Origin: Zancudomyces culisetae HAW-14-8
Lineage: Eukaryota > Fungi > Kickxellomycota
Direction: 5' to 3'
DNA length: 64,000 nucleotides
Assembly: GCA_052426225.1 (NCBI GenBank)
Contig: JBNJNM010000007.1
Coordinates: 496,001 to 560,000, forward strand
Position numbers and translations under genes: made by a program. Positions 1-12,615 of the stretch are shown here, in pieces. Within the stretch, counting starts at the first letter, position 1. Each line of letters starts with the position of its first letter. The notes below the pieces were generated by a model that was given only the letters and a program-made list of their open reading frames with translations, made no database searches and was not told the origin of the DNA.

Positions 1-1767
1 TTTAATAATCCGCGAGCCGTTCAGGAAATTTCTGATTTTATAAAGACAATTATACTTGAGGATGTTTTGGGTGGAAGTCCGAGTAAATACAAAAAAGATA
101 CCCGTGATTTAGTAGCTTGCATACTGGGGTATATCTGCTTGGGTGTCACTGATAATGACCCTATACATGATGGTAGAATGGCATCATTGAATATGTCACA
201 CCAGCTTCCAATGAGGCTCCTGGAGTATATAAGTAAAAACGACATACTCTTTGACGAAGAGATATACACAAAGATGATTACATCTATGATTTCTAGACCG
301 AGCAAGGGGGTGCTAGCGAATAATAATATTCTGAGGTTATCCGATGACCAGCTGACGCAGGTGTTAAAGTTGTATAATGAATATGTAAAGAAAAAAGCGT
401 CTAAAAGTACTCAGGTATCAATAACTGTGTTAAAATCTCTTGGACTGCGGTTAGGCAAACCCAAAACATTTTATAATATTCTGAATTGTTTGAATCTTGA
501 AAATTTTCCAAAGGAAAAATGTGTTGAACTATGTACAATTATATACACAATGTATATTGAATACGGACTTGGTGATACCCCACTGGCAGAAGTTTTGGAT
601 CTTTATACTTCTGAACTAGAAAAATACCAAAATGTTGAAAATATCAATGGCTACTATATCAATATATTTCTACAGAGCCTCTTTTTGAAAATAATGGATG
701 ACAATTCTCCTATCAATGATCGAGTTACGGTTATTAACTTTCTTCCAAAGTTTTACAATGAAACTATCAAAAATAAGCTGAATATCAAACCTGACAAATT
801 TATGATTTCAATAATTCTCGGGATCTTGAGTAAGCTAAAAGTACTATCTTTTGTATCCACCCCGTCTGATGCCAGGAACTATGAAAAGATTGTTCTTCAG
901 ATGCTTGATGACATTGTAAACAAGGATTTGGAGCTTTATCATATCAAAATTAATATTGTTTTGATTAATTCAATACTCAGAGTATACGGGAAATACTATG
1001 ATACTCTTGATGGTCCATATCTAGCAAACACAAACACAAACACAAACCAAATACAAAACCAAACCCAAAACCAAACTCAAAACCAAACTCAAAACCAAAC
1101 TCAAAACCAAGAGGTGAACGAAAACAACGATACGTTATTTTCATTGTTTGGGACTATGCTTTTGAGAACAGCATATATCAAACCTGCGCTAAAGAAAAAA
1201 CACAAGCTTTCAAATGTATATGAAAACATAATAAACATTAGCAACTTTCAAGAAAATGATCATGAAAACACAAAAGTCAAAGATTTTAAGCTCTTTAGAT
1301 TATCTCATTATACTTGGGAATCTAAACATTATCTCAGGTTGCTAACCACTCCACATAACAACAACAACAACAATAATAATGAAGTCGGAGAACATTATAT
1401 TATTAATAATAATGAGTATGTAGATAAGAATATTGATATAGATGGAAATACTTTTACAAGAAAAAACGAGTATTTAAAGAAAAAAATGAGACACATCTCA
1501 CCAAACACAAGCACTTTCAACATAGTATTATATAACCTATTACACCATCATCACGATATAATCTCTGCAATCAATGTTTTCCATTTTATGGAACAAAAGA
1601 GCAGAAATCAAAAACATGGAAGCCAGTCGTTTTTAGTTCAGTGTGAACCAAATATAATCACTGCAAAAATATTTTATAATTACTTTAAGTATCAGGCAAA
1701 TTCGGCTTCAGGAATCAAATGGGTACAAAAATGGACAAAGAAATACGGAATCGGTTGGGTGTCATAA
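1..1767 (+). CDS. Pentatricopeptide-repeat (PPR)-like protein, probably mitochondrial RNA-binding; 5' end lies outside the window
   Basis: Frame is open from base 1, so the ORF-track start at 67 (TTG) is not the real start. PPR-like motifs: KPDKFMISIILGILSK, NIVLINSILRVYGK, SPNTSTFNIVLYNLL..AINVFHFMEQK, EPNIITAKIFYNYF. Confidence 0.6.
   Translation, partial: FNNPRAVQEISDFIKTIILEDVLGGSPSKYKKDTRDLVACILGYICLGVTDNDPIHDGRMASLNMSHQLPMRLLEYISKNDILFDEEIYTKMITSMISRPSKGVLANNNILRLSDDQLTQVLKLYNEYVKKKASKSTQVSITVLKSLGLRLGKPKTFYNILNCLNLENFPKEKCVELCTIIYTMYIEYGLGDTPLAEVLDLYTSELEKYQNVENINGYYINIFLQSLFLKIMDDNSPINDRVTVINFLPKFYNETIKNKLNIKPDKFMISIILGILSKLKVLSFVSTPSDARNYEKIVLQMLDDIVNKDLELYHIKINIVLINSILRVYGKYYDTLDGPYLANTNTNTNQIQNQTQNQTQNQTQNQTQNQEVNENNDTLFSLFGTMLLRTAYIKPALKKKHKLSNVYENIINISNFQENDHENTKVKDFKLFRLSHYTWESKHYLRLLTTPHNNNNNNNNEVGEHYIINNNEYVDKNIDIDGNTFTRKNEYLKKKMRHISPNTSTFNIVLYNLLHHHHDIISAINVFHFMEQKSRNQKHGSQSFLVQCEPNIITAKIFYNYFKYQANSASGIKWVQKWTKKYGIGWVS
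1021..1110 (+). repeat. Coding tandem repeat (ACAAAC)n followed by 12-bp (AACCAAACTCAA)n, encoding NTNT/NQTQ
   Basis: Directly visible; translates to NTNTNTNQIQNQTQNQTQNQTQNQTQNQ. Confidence 0.9.
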
Positions 1768-1935
1768 CTAGGGTTCGAGACTGATGATGTTAGGGTGGGA
1801 AAGAGAAGAATAAAGAGAATGAGTATGAGAATGAGAATGTGGGATTTTTGGATGACAGGATTTGGATTTGGATTTGGATTCGGATTTGCTGTCCGTTTAA
1901 ATTAAAAAAGCAACCAGAAACTATCTGAAATTAAA

Positions 1936-3864
1936 TTATGGTTTAACTATTGCGGAATGCGACCTCAACCGTGAAAATATAAAGGCTCGCTTAGGGCCAA
2001 TGTCGTCGATTCTTGGCGATTTTTCCGGTTCGCCAGCAACCAAATTAGACATTGACATGGATAAATTGACACTGCTGCTATCACGTATGGAGCTGGCCAA
2101 ATCAGACCCATTGCTAATTGGACGAGGGAAGGTCACTAGCGAATCATTTTTTATTAGATTGTTATTGTGATCGAGTTGGCTATTGAAATTATCATCGTTG
2201 CCATTACCACTACCACCACCAACACTGTCACCATTGCTGTCATTATTATTATTAGTATTATTAGTATTATTATTAGCATTAATATCATCGTTAGTATTAG
2301 CATTAGTATCAGCATTAGTGTTAGTGTTAGTGTTATCGTTTAGACCATGGCTGTGTCCATTATTTGTTAATAGATTTGCTTTAGATAAACTCGGTTCCAA
2401 TGTTGCTGCAAAATCCAAAACCCCCAACCTTGCATAAAACATACAAAGCCTTAATCTGATCAATTCACCAAATAGTCGTTGATTCTCATGGGTAAAATAA
2501 CCCCTCCTTAAAAACCTTACAAATCCATAAAACTCGCATACTGTGACTATTCTGTCTCTACAACTTTTGTCTATCTGCGTCCACTGTTCCTCTGCCTTCA
2601 ATCCTAGTTTGATCCTGTATGTACAACTACCTTCCTTCCCACATGCCACACATCCATATGGATTTGCTGGAATTTGTCCACTGAGTCTTTCCCAAAGCAT
2701 TGCTCTTCCCGTAGAAAGTAATTTGCTTCCCTTACCCTCGTCCGGTGATTGTGGAACTCCATCTCTATTGGCACTTGTTGCTTTGGTTTCCTCTACTATC
2801 AATGTATTCGCTCCTATGGCTTCTAAAATATTCCTTGATGAGATTCTGGGTCGAGGTCCAAACTTTAGTGTTGCCTCCACATCCTCATCAATCACCTGTC
2901 TGAAAAACTTGTTGTTCTGCCACTTAAACGCCATACTATTGTCCCTAATTTCATGTAAAAACTCCAGGAATTCGTTATAGATAAGCACATCGGTATATTT
3001 GCCTATTTCCTTGGCATTGTATATTTGTACAGAGTCTTTTGTCATTTCCCCACTTTTACTACCATCGCCTTCATTACTACTATTACTTATACCGTCCTCC
3101 TCACTCTCCTTATTAGTTTGCTCCTCATATAGGCTGTGAATTCGCTCCTTCAGCTCTGCACTCTGTAGTCGTTCGCTATTTAACTGTTCCTCCATTTCCC
3201 CTATCTTTCGCTCCAAAATCACCACCTTTCGTTCCGTTTGCTTTACCTTTTTTCTCTCGTCTGCAACCATCGAGTTGGCCTGCTCAAAAAGCTTTCGGCT
3301 CAGCTCCTCAAGTTCAGCCTCCACCATCTCTTTTGCATATGCCACTTCAGCTGTTTCGTTTACTTGATCTACTATTTTATCATTCATTTGTGCTAGTGAG
3401 TATTGCAAAGCCTTAATTTTCTCCTTTTGCTCTTCGTCTTTTTGCATCCGGTTTTGTAACTGCTCCTCTAGCTCCCTTATCTTATTCAAGTAAATCACCT
3501 CCTTTTCCTCCCGTTCAAGATTTCTACTACTTTCCTCAGCATATATTTCCAAATTCATCGCTCTTTTCTCTAAAAGCAGCTTTATTCCTTTAGCGCCCCC
3601 TGCTTCTGCCTTGATTTCCCTCTTTTGTTGCAGATTCGTCTCTTGAGTATACTCTTTTGCTTTTTCAATACTTTCAAGCATATCGTTTATGTTCAACTGA
3701 AGCTTTTCCATACTGTCCTTTGGTACAGTATCGGCAAGCTTCCCATCGACTTGATTTGCATGCAAATCTGAACTAGCTTTTTTCTTCATTGGTTTCTTCT
3801 TTGCATCCAGGCTCTTTTCTTTCTGTAGCTTATCCCTTAATATAAATGAGTTGGCATGTATCAT
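1936..3864 (-). CDS. SEC2: Rab guanine-nucleotide exchange factor Sec2
   Basis: Sec2 coiled-coil signature VEAELEELSRKLFEQANSMVADER; EDVEATLKF; CVACG and CRDRIVTVCEFYGFVRFLRRG..LRLCMFYARLG as in fungal Sec2/Rabin8. Intronless, 642 aa. Confidence 0.9.
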   Translation of the reverse strand: MIHANSFILRDKLQKEKSLDAKKKPMKKKASSDLHANQVDGKLADTVPKDSMEKLQLNINDMLESIEKAKEYTQETNLQQKREIKAEAGGAKGIKLLLEKRAMNLEIYAEESSRNLEREEKEVIYLNKIRELEEQLQNRMQKDEEQKEKIKALQYSLAQMNDKIVDQVNETAEVAYAKEMVEAELEELSRKLFEQANSMVADERKKVKQTERKVVILERKIGEMEEQLNSERLQSAELKERIHSLYEEQTNKESEEDGISNSSNEGDGSKSGEMTKDSVQIYNAKEIGKYTDVLIYNEFLEFLHEIRDNSMAFKWQNNKFFRQVIDEDVEATLKFGPRPRISSRNILEAIGANTLIVEETKATSANRDGVPQSPDEGKGSKLLSTGRAMLWERLSGQIPANPYGCVACGKEGSCTYRIKLGLKAEEQWTQIDKSCRDRIVTVCEFYGFVRFLRRGYFTHENQRLFGELIRLRLCMFYARLGVLDFAATLEPSLSKANLLTNNGHSHGLNDNTNTNTNADTNANTNDDINANNNTNNTNNNNDSNGDSVGGGSGNGNDDNFNSQLDHNNNLIKNDSLVTFPRPISNGSDLASSIRDSSSVNLSMSMSNLVAGEPEKSPRIDDIGPKRAFIFSRLRSHSAIVKP

Positions 3865-6800
3865 TTTATTTTGCCTCCCACAACAAATACTTTCTTTGTA
3901 CGAGTTGTTTCTACCTCTACTATTTTTATTGAATGTACCTTACAACCCACTTTCGGTTATTCAATTTTGTTTCTCTTTTTACCTTTTATAATTGCCTTTA
4001 GTTTTGTCCTTTTACTTTGCTTCACTTTGTTGTAAAGGATTGAGTAATAATATCCCACTTTTATTTTTCAAAAGATTGTTGTATTGGTAATTCCACCAAC
4101 AGTAATTTCATTTGGCCACTACGTAGAAAACTGAATTCAAAAATGTTCTTTTACGCTTAATACACCATACAGTAAACTTTTTAAAACTATACTTTTGTTT
4201 TAACTACAAGGAATATATATTCATGTTGAACAAATATTAATTTACGACTAATGTTTGGTCATGTATCAAAGTTTTCTTCCCCCAAAAAATAAAAAAGATT
4301 AAAAAAGCACTTTACTACTAAAAAAAAAAAAAAAAAAAGTAGCCCAACCATTTTTGCCAATTAATTTTACTTGTTGTTTTTTCGTGATGGAATTTTTCTA
4401 GTTTTTTTTTCTTTTTGCGGAAAATTTGGTAAAAAGCCCAAAAGCAACTATTCTTTATTATAACTCACCCAACTCACCTACTAATCCACCCACTCCTACA
4501 GCTAACATTAGTTTCGTAAATCAATTCTGTGTGCCCAGAAAAATGTAAAGCTGGTCAAAACCGGTAGTAGTTTTTTACAATTTGAAACAATGTTATATCC
4601 CATTTTCAAAACTTGTTTATGTAAACATGATCTTTTTTTTCTACGCTCATTTTCCTCATTATTAGATAATAGCAGCTTTTAATTAGCAGCTAATTACCAC
4701 TTAATAGACCAGGCTTAGTCAACCAACTTTATTTTCTTGTCTCCTGCGTAATAATTTTCTTACATTGCCATAAAAAAAAAACAGGATGTATTTAGCTGTC
4801 GAATAGTAACAACCAAAAATCACACCGTAGCTAATAGCTATTAGTTCATATCCTATTAATCCTGCATCTAATGATGTTTTTCTTCTTCTCTCTCACCTCT
4901 CACTCCTTCAGTTCATAAAACTATAACTGCGCTTGAATGGTTTTTGTTTTTTGCAAATTCTTCGCAACTGGTTAGAGTTTGTAAGTTTGTAAATCAACTC
5001 ATGTATGAGTGTATACCTTAGTGATAGAACTCGTTGCATCTAACCACTGACTAATATTTTTGTTTCATACAAAAGTGCTGTAAAAAAAAACACAACATGT
5101 TTCCCGTCTAAAACAGCCGTACTTTCCTCTGCCTCCCCCTTTTTTTTCCGCCCACGATATTCCAGCAAATCACTTGAAAGCTTCCAAATCGTGTGAAGAA
5201 TCATCTATTTTTTGCTGGCTTAACGACCTCCAATCTTTTTAGCACTGTTCTTGGTTTTATTTATTTGTTCGCATTTGCCATAAATTAGTTCCACCATTTT
5301 CGTTTGTAAATGACCTTGTGGTATTAATATGAATCCACAAGTTTTTTTTTATTTCAGAAAAGTAAAAATAAAATTTTTTTTTTTTGTATCACAAGTAATA
5401 ATCTCAAATTTCATCAGCAGATAGAAATATTTGTTTGATTTCGTTTTGCCTAAATCAGCAAATACCAATGAAAATTGAACCCACGTGCGACTAATATGAT
5501 CATTGCTGTAACAAAGGTGTTATTATAAAAAAAGCTCAACACTATTTCCTCACCACTTGTATATCTTGTGTTTTTTGTTTTTCGTTTTTATTTTTTTAAT
5601 AGGCCCTGGAATTAGCTACACATCAACGTGCCCCTGATCTTGAATATCCACATTGGTTTACATCTCAGCCCTTGAGGATGCTTGTGAGGATTACTAGTAC
5701 CAGTAACACTATACCATATGAGCATACTCCCACCATAGAACACGCACATACATATCCAGTTGTTTATTTCAAGCTCAAACACAATTTGTGATGGGTAACA
5801 CACATGAGCATACCATGACAAATTCCGTTTTGTTTTTTTTTTTCATCTAGTTTATTTTCCCTTAATATTTACCATCCCACGTAATTGGTGTAGTGACATA
5901 TTAATTAATGTAAACTAGTCAATTATGTACATTACCATAAATACTATGCCAAATATTTATACACGGAATTTAGAAAGTTTTAAAGCATGGCTTGAGCTCC
6001 CTACCTGTTTTTTTTTTGAACTTTTAGTTTATAGGTGTTTAGTTGCATTAATTGTCCAACTTTTCAAAAAATATATAAGAAACAATAAATCTGAAATGTG
6101 GTTAAAAAAGAGATGTGGTCTTATTTCCCATACCATCATATTTTTTTTAGAACTAATTCCAACTTCAAATTAGACGCGTAAAAATAATTATGTTACAAAT
6201 CTCTCAGTTGGTCAATTTACAGCATGTCTAAACATTAACACTGTTACTGACATATGTATGTACGTTTAACATTTGAAAGGGGGATGTTCAACGAATATGT
6301 CATTCTGCAATACCACTTTTATATCTACGGTAAAGCTATAGCAGCTAGACATAAAATATATACCAATTTGATAAGAACACATGTCACGTTGATCCATTTT
6401 TGAATTCTACTCATGTTGATGTTAGTTTTCGCTTTCATTGTCTCAATGTCCATTTATGAATAATCAACTCTTGTATTTTCTATTTTAAATGTTACAAATA
6501 TTTTCTGGTTAAATCATACATGTGTAGATACAAGTAAATGAATAAATCGTTTCACCTATATTCGGTTCAACTTTTTGACATTTTACTTGTTTTGTAAATG
6601 TGTATTCTCGCATCCAGAATGACCCTTAGCTTGGTATATTTTACATTCTTTCTGTTCATTAGAGCATTAATAGAATCAAAAATCCAAAAAAAAAAATTAG
6701 TAAACTTCAATATTGTGCTAAATTATAACAATGGGTTGTTCTTGATACACATTCGAAATACTGGGCTAGTAGCATTAAAGACAGTTATGAGCTGAAAAAT

Positions 6801-7267
6801 ACCAAAACAAGTATAACACCCCCAACTATTCCTTTTTTTTTTTGCAGATATAGGTGCGGAGAAGAAAATATATATTATATATGCGTACTGATATTTTCCG
6901 AGTTCAATAACTCGTTATGCAGCTATTGTCAGCATACTCATACAATAAAAACCAAATTAACTCGTAATATGATAAAAAAATAGTAGGTAACATCTCATTT
7001 ATAGTAACGCTATATTCAAGTTACTAGGTAGCTGTTGGATTTTACTACTTTGGATTAATCTAAGTAGATGAAGAATAAAGCACTATATAATATCCTGTGT
7101 TATAGTATATGTATAATACAAATATACTTAGACCAGAATATTTCGGGGAGGGGGAGAGATAGGAGTATAATCACCAAAATCATAGTTTCATAGTTTGGTG
7201 ATTACTGCTTCCTATACCTAGTGGTGAAAAGCAATACTATAGAAGGCGTCTTAAAAATAGCACATAC

Positions 7268-7281
7268 AAAAAGTATATAAG
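7268..7281 (+). promoter_or_regulatory. Putative TATA box (AAAAAGTATATAAG) of the orphan gene at 7455
   Basis: TATATAAG about 175 bp upstream of the ATG; the identical 14-mer precedes the glutaredoxin gene. Confidence 0.45.
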
Positions 7282-7454
7282 ATTGTGAGTTGTTTTGCTA
7301 TTAATCTTATTTTTCAAAAACAAAACAAGACACTTTGTTTATAAAAGCGGTAATATCAATAGATACTTCCATACTAGTTACCAGCATAGAAAAATAATTT
7401 TTGTTTCAACGTTCAAAATAAAGAGTAAAAATAAAAGAAAAACTGAATTCAAAT

Positions 7455-8415
7455 ATGCAATACGATTTGGCCCTCAAGTTGGTATGCAACGATACTCCTT
7501 CAGAAATGACACTAGTTGAAAACAGAAGAGTATTATATGATGTAAAAGTGATGCTGCGAGGGATTATTGATCGGTTTGATCTCCTAGATGCCGAAGGCCG
7601 TCCACTATTTCCACGAGGTAAATATATTTACCACCACTCATTATTATTATTATTTTGGAAACGTATGTGCTTGAATAGTTTTTACAGAAACAACAACAAT
7701 ATATAAAACTGTATATAAAAACCTCGCTTAAAAAACTATAGGAAATAAGGATGGGTATGCTTGTCTCAAAATGGTAAAGAAGGTAACACTTGCACGAAAT
7801 ATCAGTGCTGTGGACTTTACATTGGCTATGCCTGAGTTTGCAGAAAAAATTACCAAAATCACTCGTGTGATGAGCGAATATTGTAAATTCGCGTTTAACA
7901 GTTCACACTACCTTCAAAAAGAAGCACCAAAGCACCTAGATCTCGATGAGATAGTTGATCCAACAAAATATCTTCACTTACTAACTCAACCTCCCTCAGT
8001 CACAAATTTTGACAACATGGCAAAAGTATGTGAGTGTGAGTGTGAATGTGGTGTCTTTAGAAAGAGTATTTTATTCAAATCCAAGATTGATGGTCTCGAA
8101 ATTTTTGCTGAAAGCCCGTATGAAAAAGAAGAAATAATCAAAAAAAAAAGAGAATTGAGAAGACCCTTCAATAGAATCATCCTAAACACCTCAATGAACA
8201 GTACCTATACAACCCTCGATACGTATATAGATACATTTGACGAGTTTCTGACCACTCATATTTTTGATAATGACATGTATTTTGAAGAAGAAGGGGGGCA
8301 CAAAATAATTCTGAGGTTCACGAAGGCGCACCCTGCGGTAGAATGCACGTCTGAGGAGATACTAGATAGTTTGATGTATATTTTCCCTGAAATATGCGAT
8401 TTAGACGACTTTTAA
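7455..8415 (+). CDS. Hypothetical (orphan) protein, 296 aa, 2 exons (7455-7617, 7688-8415)
   Basis: A phase-1 intron GTAAAT..TTTACAG (7618-7687) joins the 83-aa and 214-aa ORFs in frame with no stop. No family recognised. Confidence 0.65.
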
Positions 8416-8839
8416 ATAGTCAAATAGAAAAGATAATATGGGATGATTAAAAACCATAATATCACTACTAGGTTAGTATGCAACATCAGCTAGCCCATGT
8501 TTTGTATGTTTTTATTTTTAACATTTTTAAATTGTACTGCATTTTCCAATATAGAAACATTAAATTGAAATCCAAGTATGTAAAAAACGATATTTATAAA
8601 TCACCAAATGTGAGCTACCATATTCAAATTGATATTAAAACAAAATAAATCACTATCAATCCACAAAAATTACTTGTTGAAAAGATATACAAAATGTATA
8701 TGCAGACAAAAGAATGTGCTTATAGCACAAATGATGAAGTTTGATATTCAATAAGGAAAGGAAGCTAGTTAAGAATACACGAGTAAGCACAAACAGCTGT
8801 TTGTGATACATTGGGTGATGTGATTTTTCGAAGAACGGC

Positions 8840-10068
8840 TTATTTAAACATGCGGATGTATGCTAAAAATACGTATAAATAAAAACGTTATTATTTACAC
8901 ATACCGAACATAACTTTTTTAATATGCAAGGGTATAACTGCAAAGGAAAGATAAAAAGGCATCAAAACCAAATACAACGGCCAAGTAAATACTCATTTAA
9001 ACTCATTGAATAATGTAAAACAAGTGGTCGAAAGGATATGAGGAAAGGCGACTTACCTAGAATCAACGCTCCAGCACCAGTTATGGTACCTAGTTGTTAG
9101 AGTAACAAATTTATACAGGTGTTAGGAATAATAATATCATTGAACAAACTGTTTAAAAAAAGGAAGGGGGAGGTGCGAATATAAAATACAATAACCGAAT
9201 AATAAATAAAAGAGCACATACCAAACATGTATTGCAAGATCTGAAACTTTATGGCTTCCATTTGTAGCCTTAACGAGCTGATTTCCTGTTCGATTTTGGA
9301 ATCTGCCTTTTTAATCTTGATTTCTTGATTTGCCTGTTCGTCTCGTGTCCTACCCTTTTCGAGACTCATATCAAGCCTTACAGAAGCCTGTGATTTTGAA
9401 ATTTCTTCGCGTAAAAGTTGTTTCAGCTTTCCAATCTCAGCAGAAAGTCGCTCGTTCTCGGCCTTCATTATCGAAAAGTCTGTTTTTTCAATCATTTGAA
9501 TCTCAGACTTTAGTTGTTCAAAATCTATTTTATACGTCGACATTTTCTAACGAAAATATGGAAGTGAGTGTATATGTTAGCGTACTGACTTGATAATTAA
9601 TTAGCAGTGCGCCTGAATAAATGAATACAGAAAGTAAAGGAAATGTGTCAATATGAGTATGAATATGAGTATGAATATAAATATGGTATGTTTGGCGTTA
9701 CTCTTTCTTGATCGGTTTTAGTTACCAGGTTTTTTAGCATTCCATCATTGCTAGCCAAAGAAAAAAATATTATAATAAGGTGAGAAAATTCGAAAGAGAA
9801 GTCATATAATGACGAGGCAGATTTGTACTAGTTGTTATAGATACCTTTCGTTAATAACCTGATTAAGGATGCCAACTATGCTTGTGGATTGCTCCTTTGA
9901 AAACCCAGCCTGGATTAATTTCGAATTTACAGAGTACGTGTCAAAGGGATGTCTAGGAGCAACGTAAAACCGCTTTTGATGCCGCAATAGACTTTTCGAC
10001 AGAGCTATACAGCTATTCCTAAAAGAGGTGTGAAATTTAAAATTTTTATAAAGCATCTTTAGTTTCAT
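8840..10068 (-). CDS. FMP32: DUF1640 / Fmp32 (CCDC90/MCUR1-family) mitochondrial coiled-coil protein, 217 aa, 5 exons (10068-9845, 9750-9702, 9546-9222, 9089-9057, 8862-8840)
   Basis: Mitochondrial-type N-terminus, HPFDTY..L..AGFSKEQS, SVRLDMSLEKGR, and C-terminal TM segment ILQYMFGTITGAGALILAYIRMFK. Exon lengths sum to 654 nt, in frame. Confidence 0.85.
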
Positions 10069-10892
10069 TTATCTTTGCAAGGATAGTTTGAGTAGAAGAT
10101 AAATGGTTAAATGTGTCAGAGTAAAATACGAAAATGTACAAGTCTTGAAAAAAAAGCGTCTTGAATACCTCGTCAAGCGATGATTCATTGTTTCTTTGCT
10201 TTAGGTGAATGCTGTGGCTATACTTTGTTTTAATTTAGTAATATATTGTGGTTTTTCCAATTTTTTTTATTGCAAAGGATAATGCAAGTTTAAAGTTGGA
10301 GCTTGGACCTTGGCACTCCAAAAAAAAAAAGCACAACCCAGAAAAAAATGTGTTGTAGCTCATATTTTCGCAAATTGCTTGCAAAGTAGAAACAGAGAAA
10401 TCCGCCTTGTAAGGAATGCTACTCGCCAATAATGTTTCGGGATTGACTTTAAACGATTTGAAAGTGATTTGTGCTAAAACAGCAGCTAAATTCATTTTAT
10501 CAACCAAGATACCACTTGATTAAAACACGATATGCCACAATTACATACAAAGAGCGGAGTTCAAACTAGATGTATTAAGAGAGAAAGAAAAGTTAAGGTC
10601 CAGTAACTCTACCCCCCTCTCCCAGGCGACCAACACTTTGTTCACCCTATTTTATTGCCATAGCGTTATGCTTGTTGTGAGAGATATATCAAAGTGGTAG
10701 ATGAGTCTGATACTAGGCCTTAGAAAATACATTTTATTCATTAAACGAATAAAGAAAACCGTCTATTTAGGACTATAACATCAAAAATGAACCCGAAAAA
10801 AGAACCACTTTTTGAAAGATAATCGCCATTTTGCTGACTAGCCCAAATTTCCAGTAGCATTCCGAAATCGCAAACCGATAGCGAGCCAGCAG

Positions 10893-12263
10893 CTAAATCT
10901 TGTCAAGTGGCCTGTTGAATCCGCCCTTTCTATTCATATACTGTCTATATTTTCGCGCCTTTACAATTTTTGCCGCGCCAGGATGATTACCAAACACCTC
11001 TTTACCCTAAATAAACAAATCCTGGTTAATAAATTACGGTTACAAGGGAGATATGTAAAAATATATGTTTAACTGTATTACTTTTGTAGAGTCAAAGCCA
11101 GAAAATCCCATTATCTCGGCCAAAAGTGAGCTAGAGTTGTCCACAGTTTCATCTAGGAAAAGAAAACCCCATTAGTTTTAAAAAATATGCCAAAAAAGTT
11201 AATTCAATTTACCAACTATGTAAAAACAAAGGCATAAATGTCAAAGCTTACCAGATTTGCTCCTAATGGATGACAATATCATTATATTTAGAAATAAAAA
11301 TGTTTTAGAGTTCTGTTTTGTAAAAATGAGGTTTGAACAAAGATATAATCGAATTGAATGCTCTGGTTGGGTATACATATTATGAATAGTGTGTATGTGT
11401 AGATTCCTACCTTTTAGATTCACCCTCCAGACTAGTTGGTGATACCGAGCGCTCTAAAAAAATCATTTGGTTAGTACGAAAGCCGTGTAAGTAAACACAA
11501 AAATATATGCAAATCTTTGTAGCTCACCTTTCCTTTTGTTTGCTATAAGTGTGGTATTCATGTTGTTAGGGGAAATATTTATTGATAGTAAGAATAGAAC
11601 ACTTTCATTCGACATGCTGCAATAAATAATTATATTTAGCTTGTTGAGCGAAAACAATACTAAAACTAGATTTCCAGTACTTACTTGACTGTAGTAACGT
11701 TGATTCATGTTCTTTTTTGTCATGTGGTTTTCTTTCGTCGATCCTGGTATGTCTTGGTGAACAAGAACGAGATTGAGAACGGGAGCGGGAGCGAAAACTA
11801 CTATCCCTAGACCGGTCCCTTTTTCTATCATAAGCACGTTGCCTGCTACTATAGTCACGTCTCCTAGAATAGCCTAACAAATTAGACTAAATTTTAGTAC
11901 TTTTGCCACTAGACACAGGGAGAGAAATTGACTATTTGTATGATTTTGCTTCATTTTATTATTATTTTTATTTTTACCTGGGCTTCTGGATCTACTACGA
12001 CTTCTACCAGGACTATAGCTCCTTTCTGTCCTCTTTCTATCTCTACCGCTTCTGGATTCTCTGTATCGCTCTCTACTACTTCTTCTCGCCCTTTTAGATG
12101 AATCCTCGCGTTCCCGACTTCGGCTGCGAGAATGTGTCCTGGTTCGCTTTCTAGACGCGTCACCCCTCACTGGCGATTTGGAAACGGATCGATCCCTTCT
12201 GGATGTACGTCGCGAATCAGGGTTTTCTCTATTATTTTTCGTGTATTTCGAGGCAGTGTCCAT
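10893..12263 (-). CDS. SNRNP27: U4/U6.U5 tri-snRNP 27-kDa protein (RS-rich plus DUF1777), 237 aa, 6 exons (12263-11978, 11873-11685, 11453-11411, 11262-11252, 11152-11082, 11006-10893)
   Basis: RS-rich N-terminus; spliced C-terminus [40 protein letters not shown] is the family hallmark. Exons sum to 714 nt. Confidence 0.88.
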
Positions 12264-12615
12264 ATTCGCTCAAATGTATTAGTTGGAATTGCTCTTATTT
12301 TGTGGGATTTGTATTTATTTTTAATGGAATAATTTCACAAACTCGATAGAAATTATTCTGTGAAAGTGGAAAGAAATGAAAATCCGAAAATGTGAAAAAA
12401 AGTGATGATTTTCATGTAATTTGCTACTCAGTGCCTGATTTATAAAGTTTATTTCTGAAAACCTAAATGTATTTTCGTGACTTCTAGAATATATATTTAT
12501 ATATCGAATATACGTTAGTATCCACGGTAAAATTCATAAGAACACTTTATAAACCAACTGAATACATTTGATAAAGAGGTCATCAGTATAATAAAATAAA
12601 AAAAAGAGTACGAAA

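Noticed and set aside
12402-12440. GTGATGA...CTGA resembling C/D snoRNA boxes
   Set aside because: The boxes span under 40 nt, too short for a C/D snoRNA, and lie in a bidirectional promoter.
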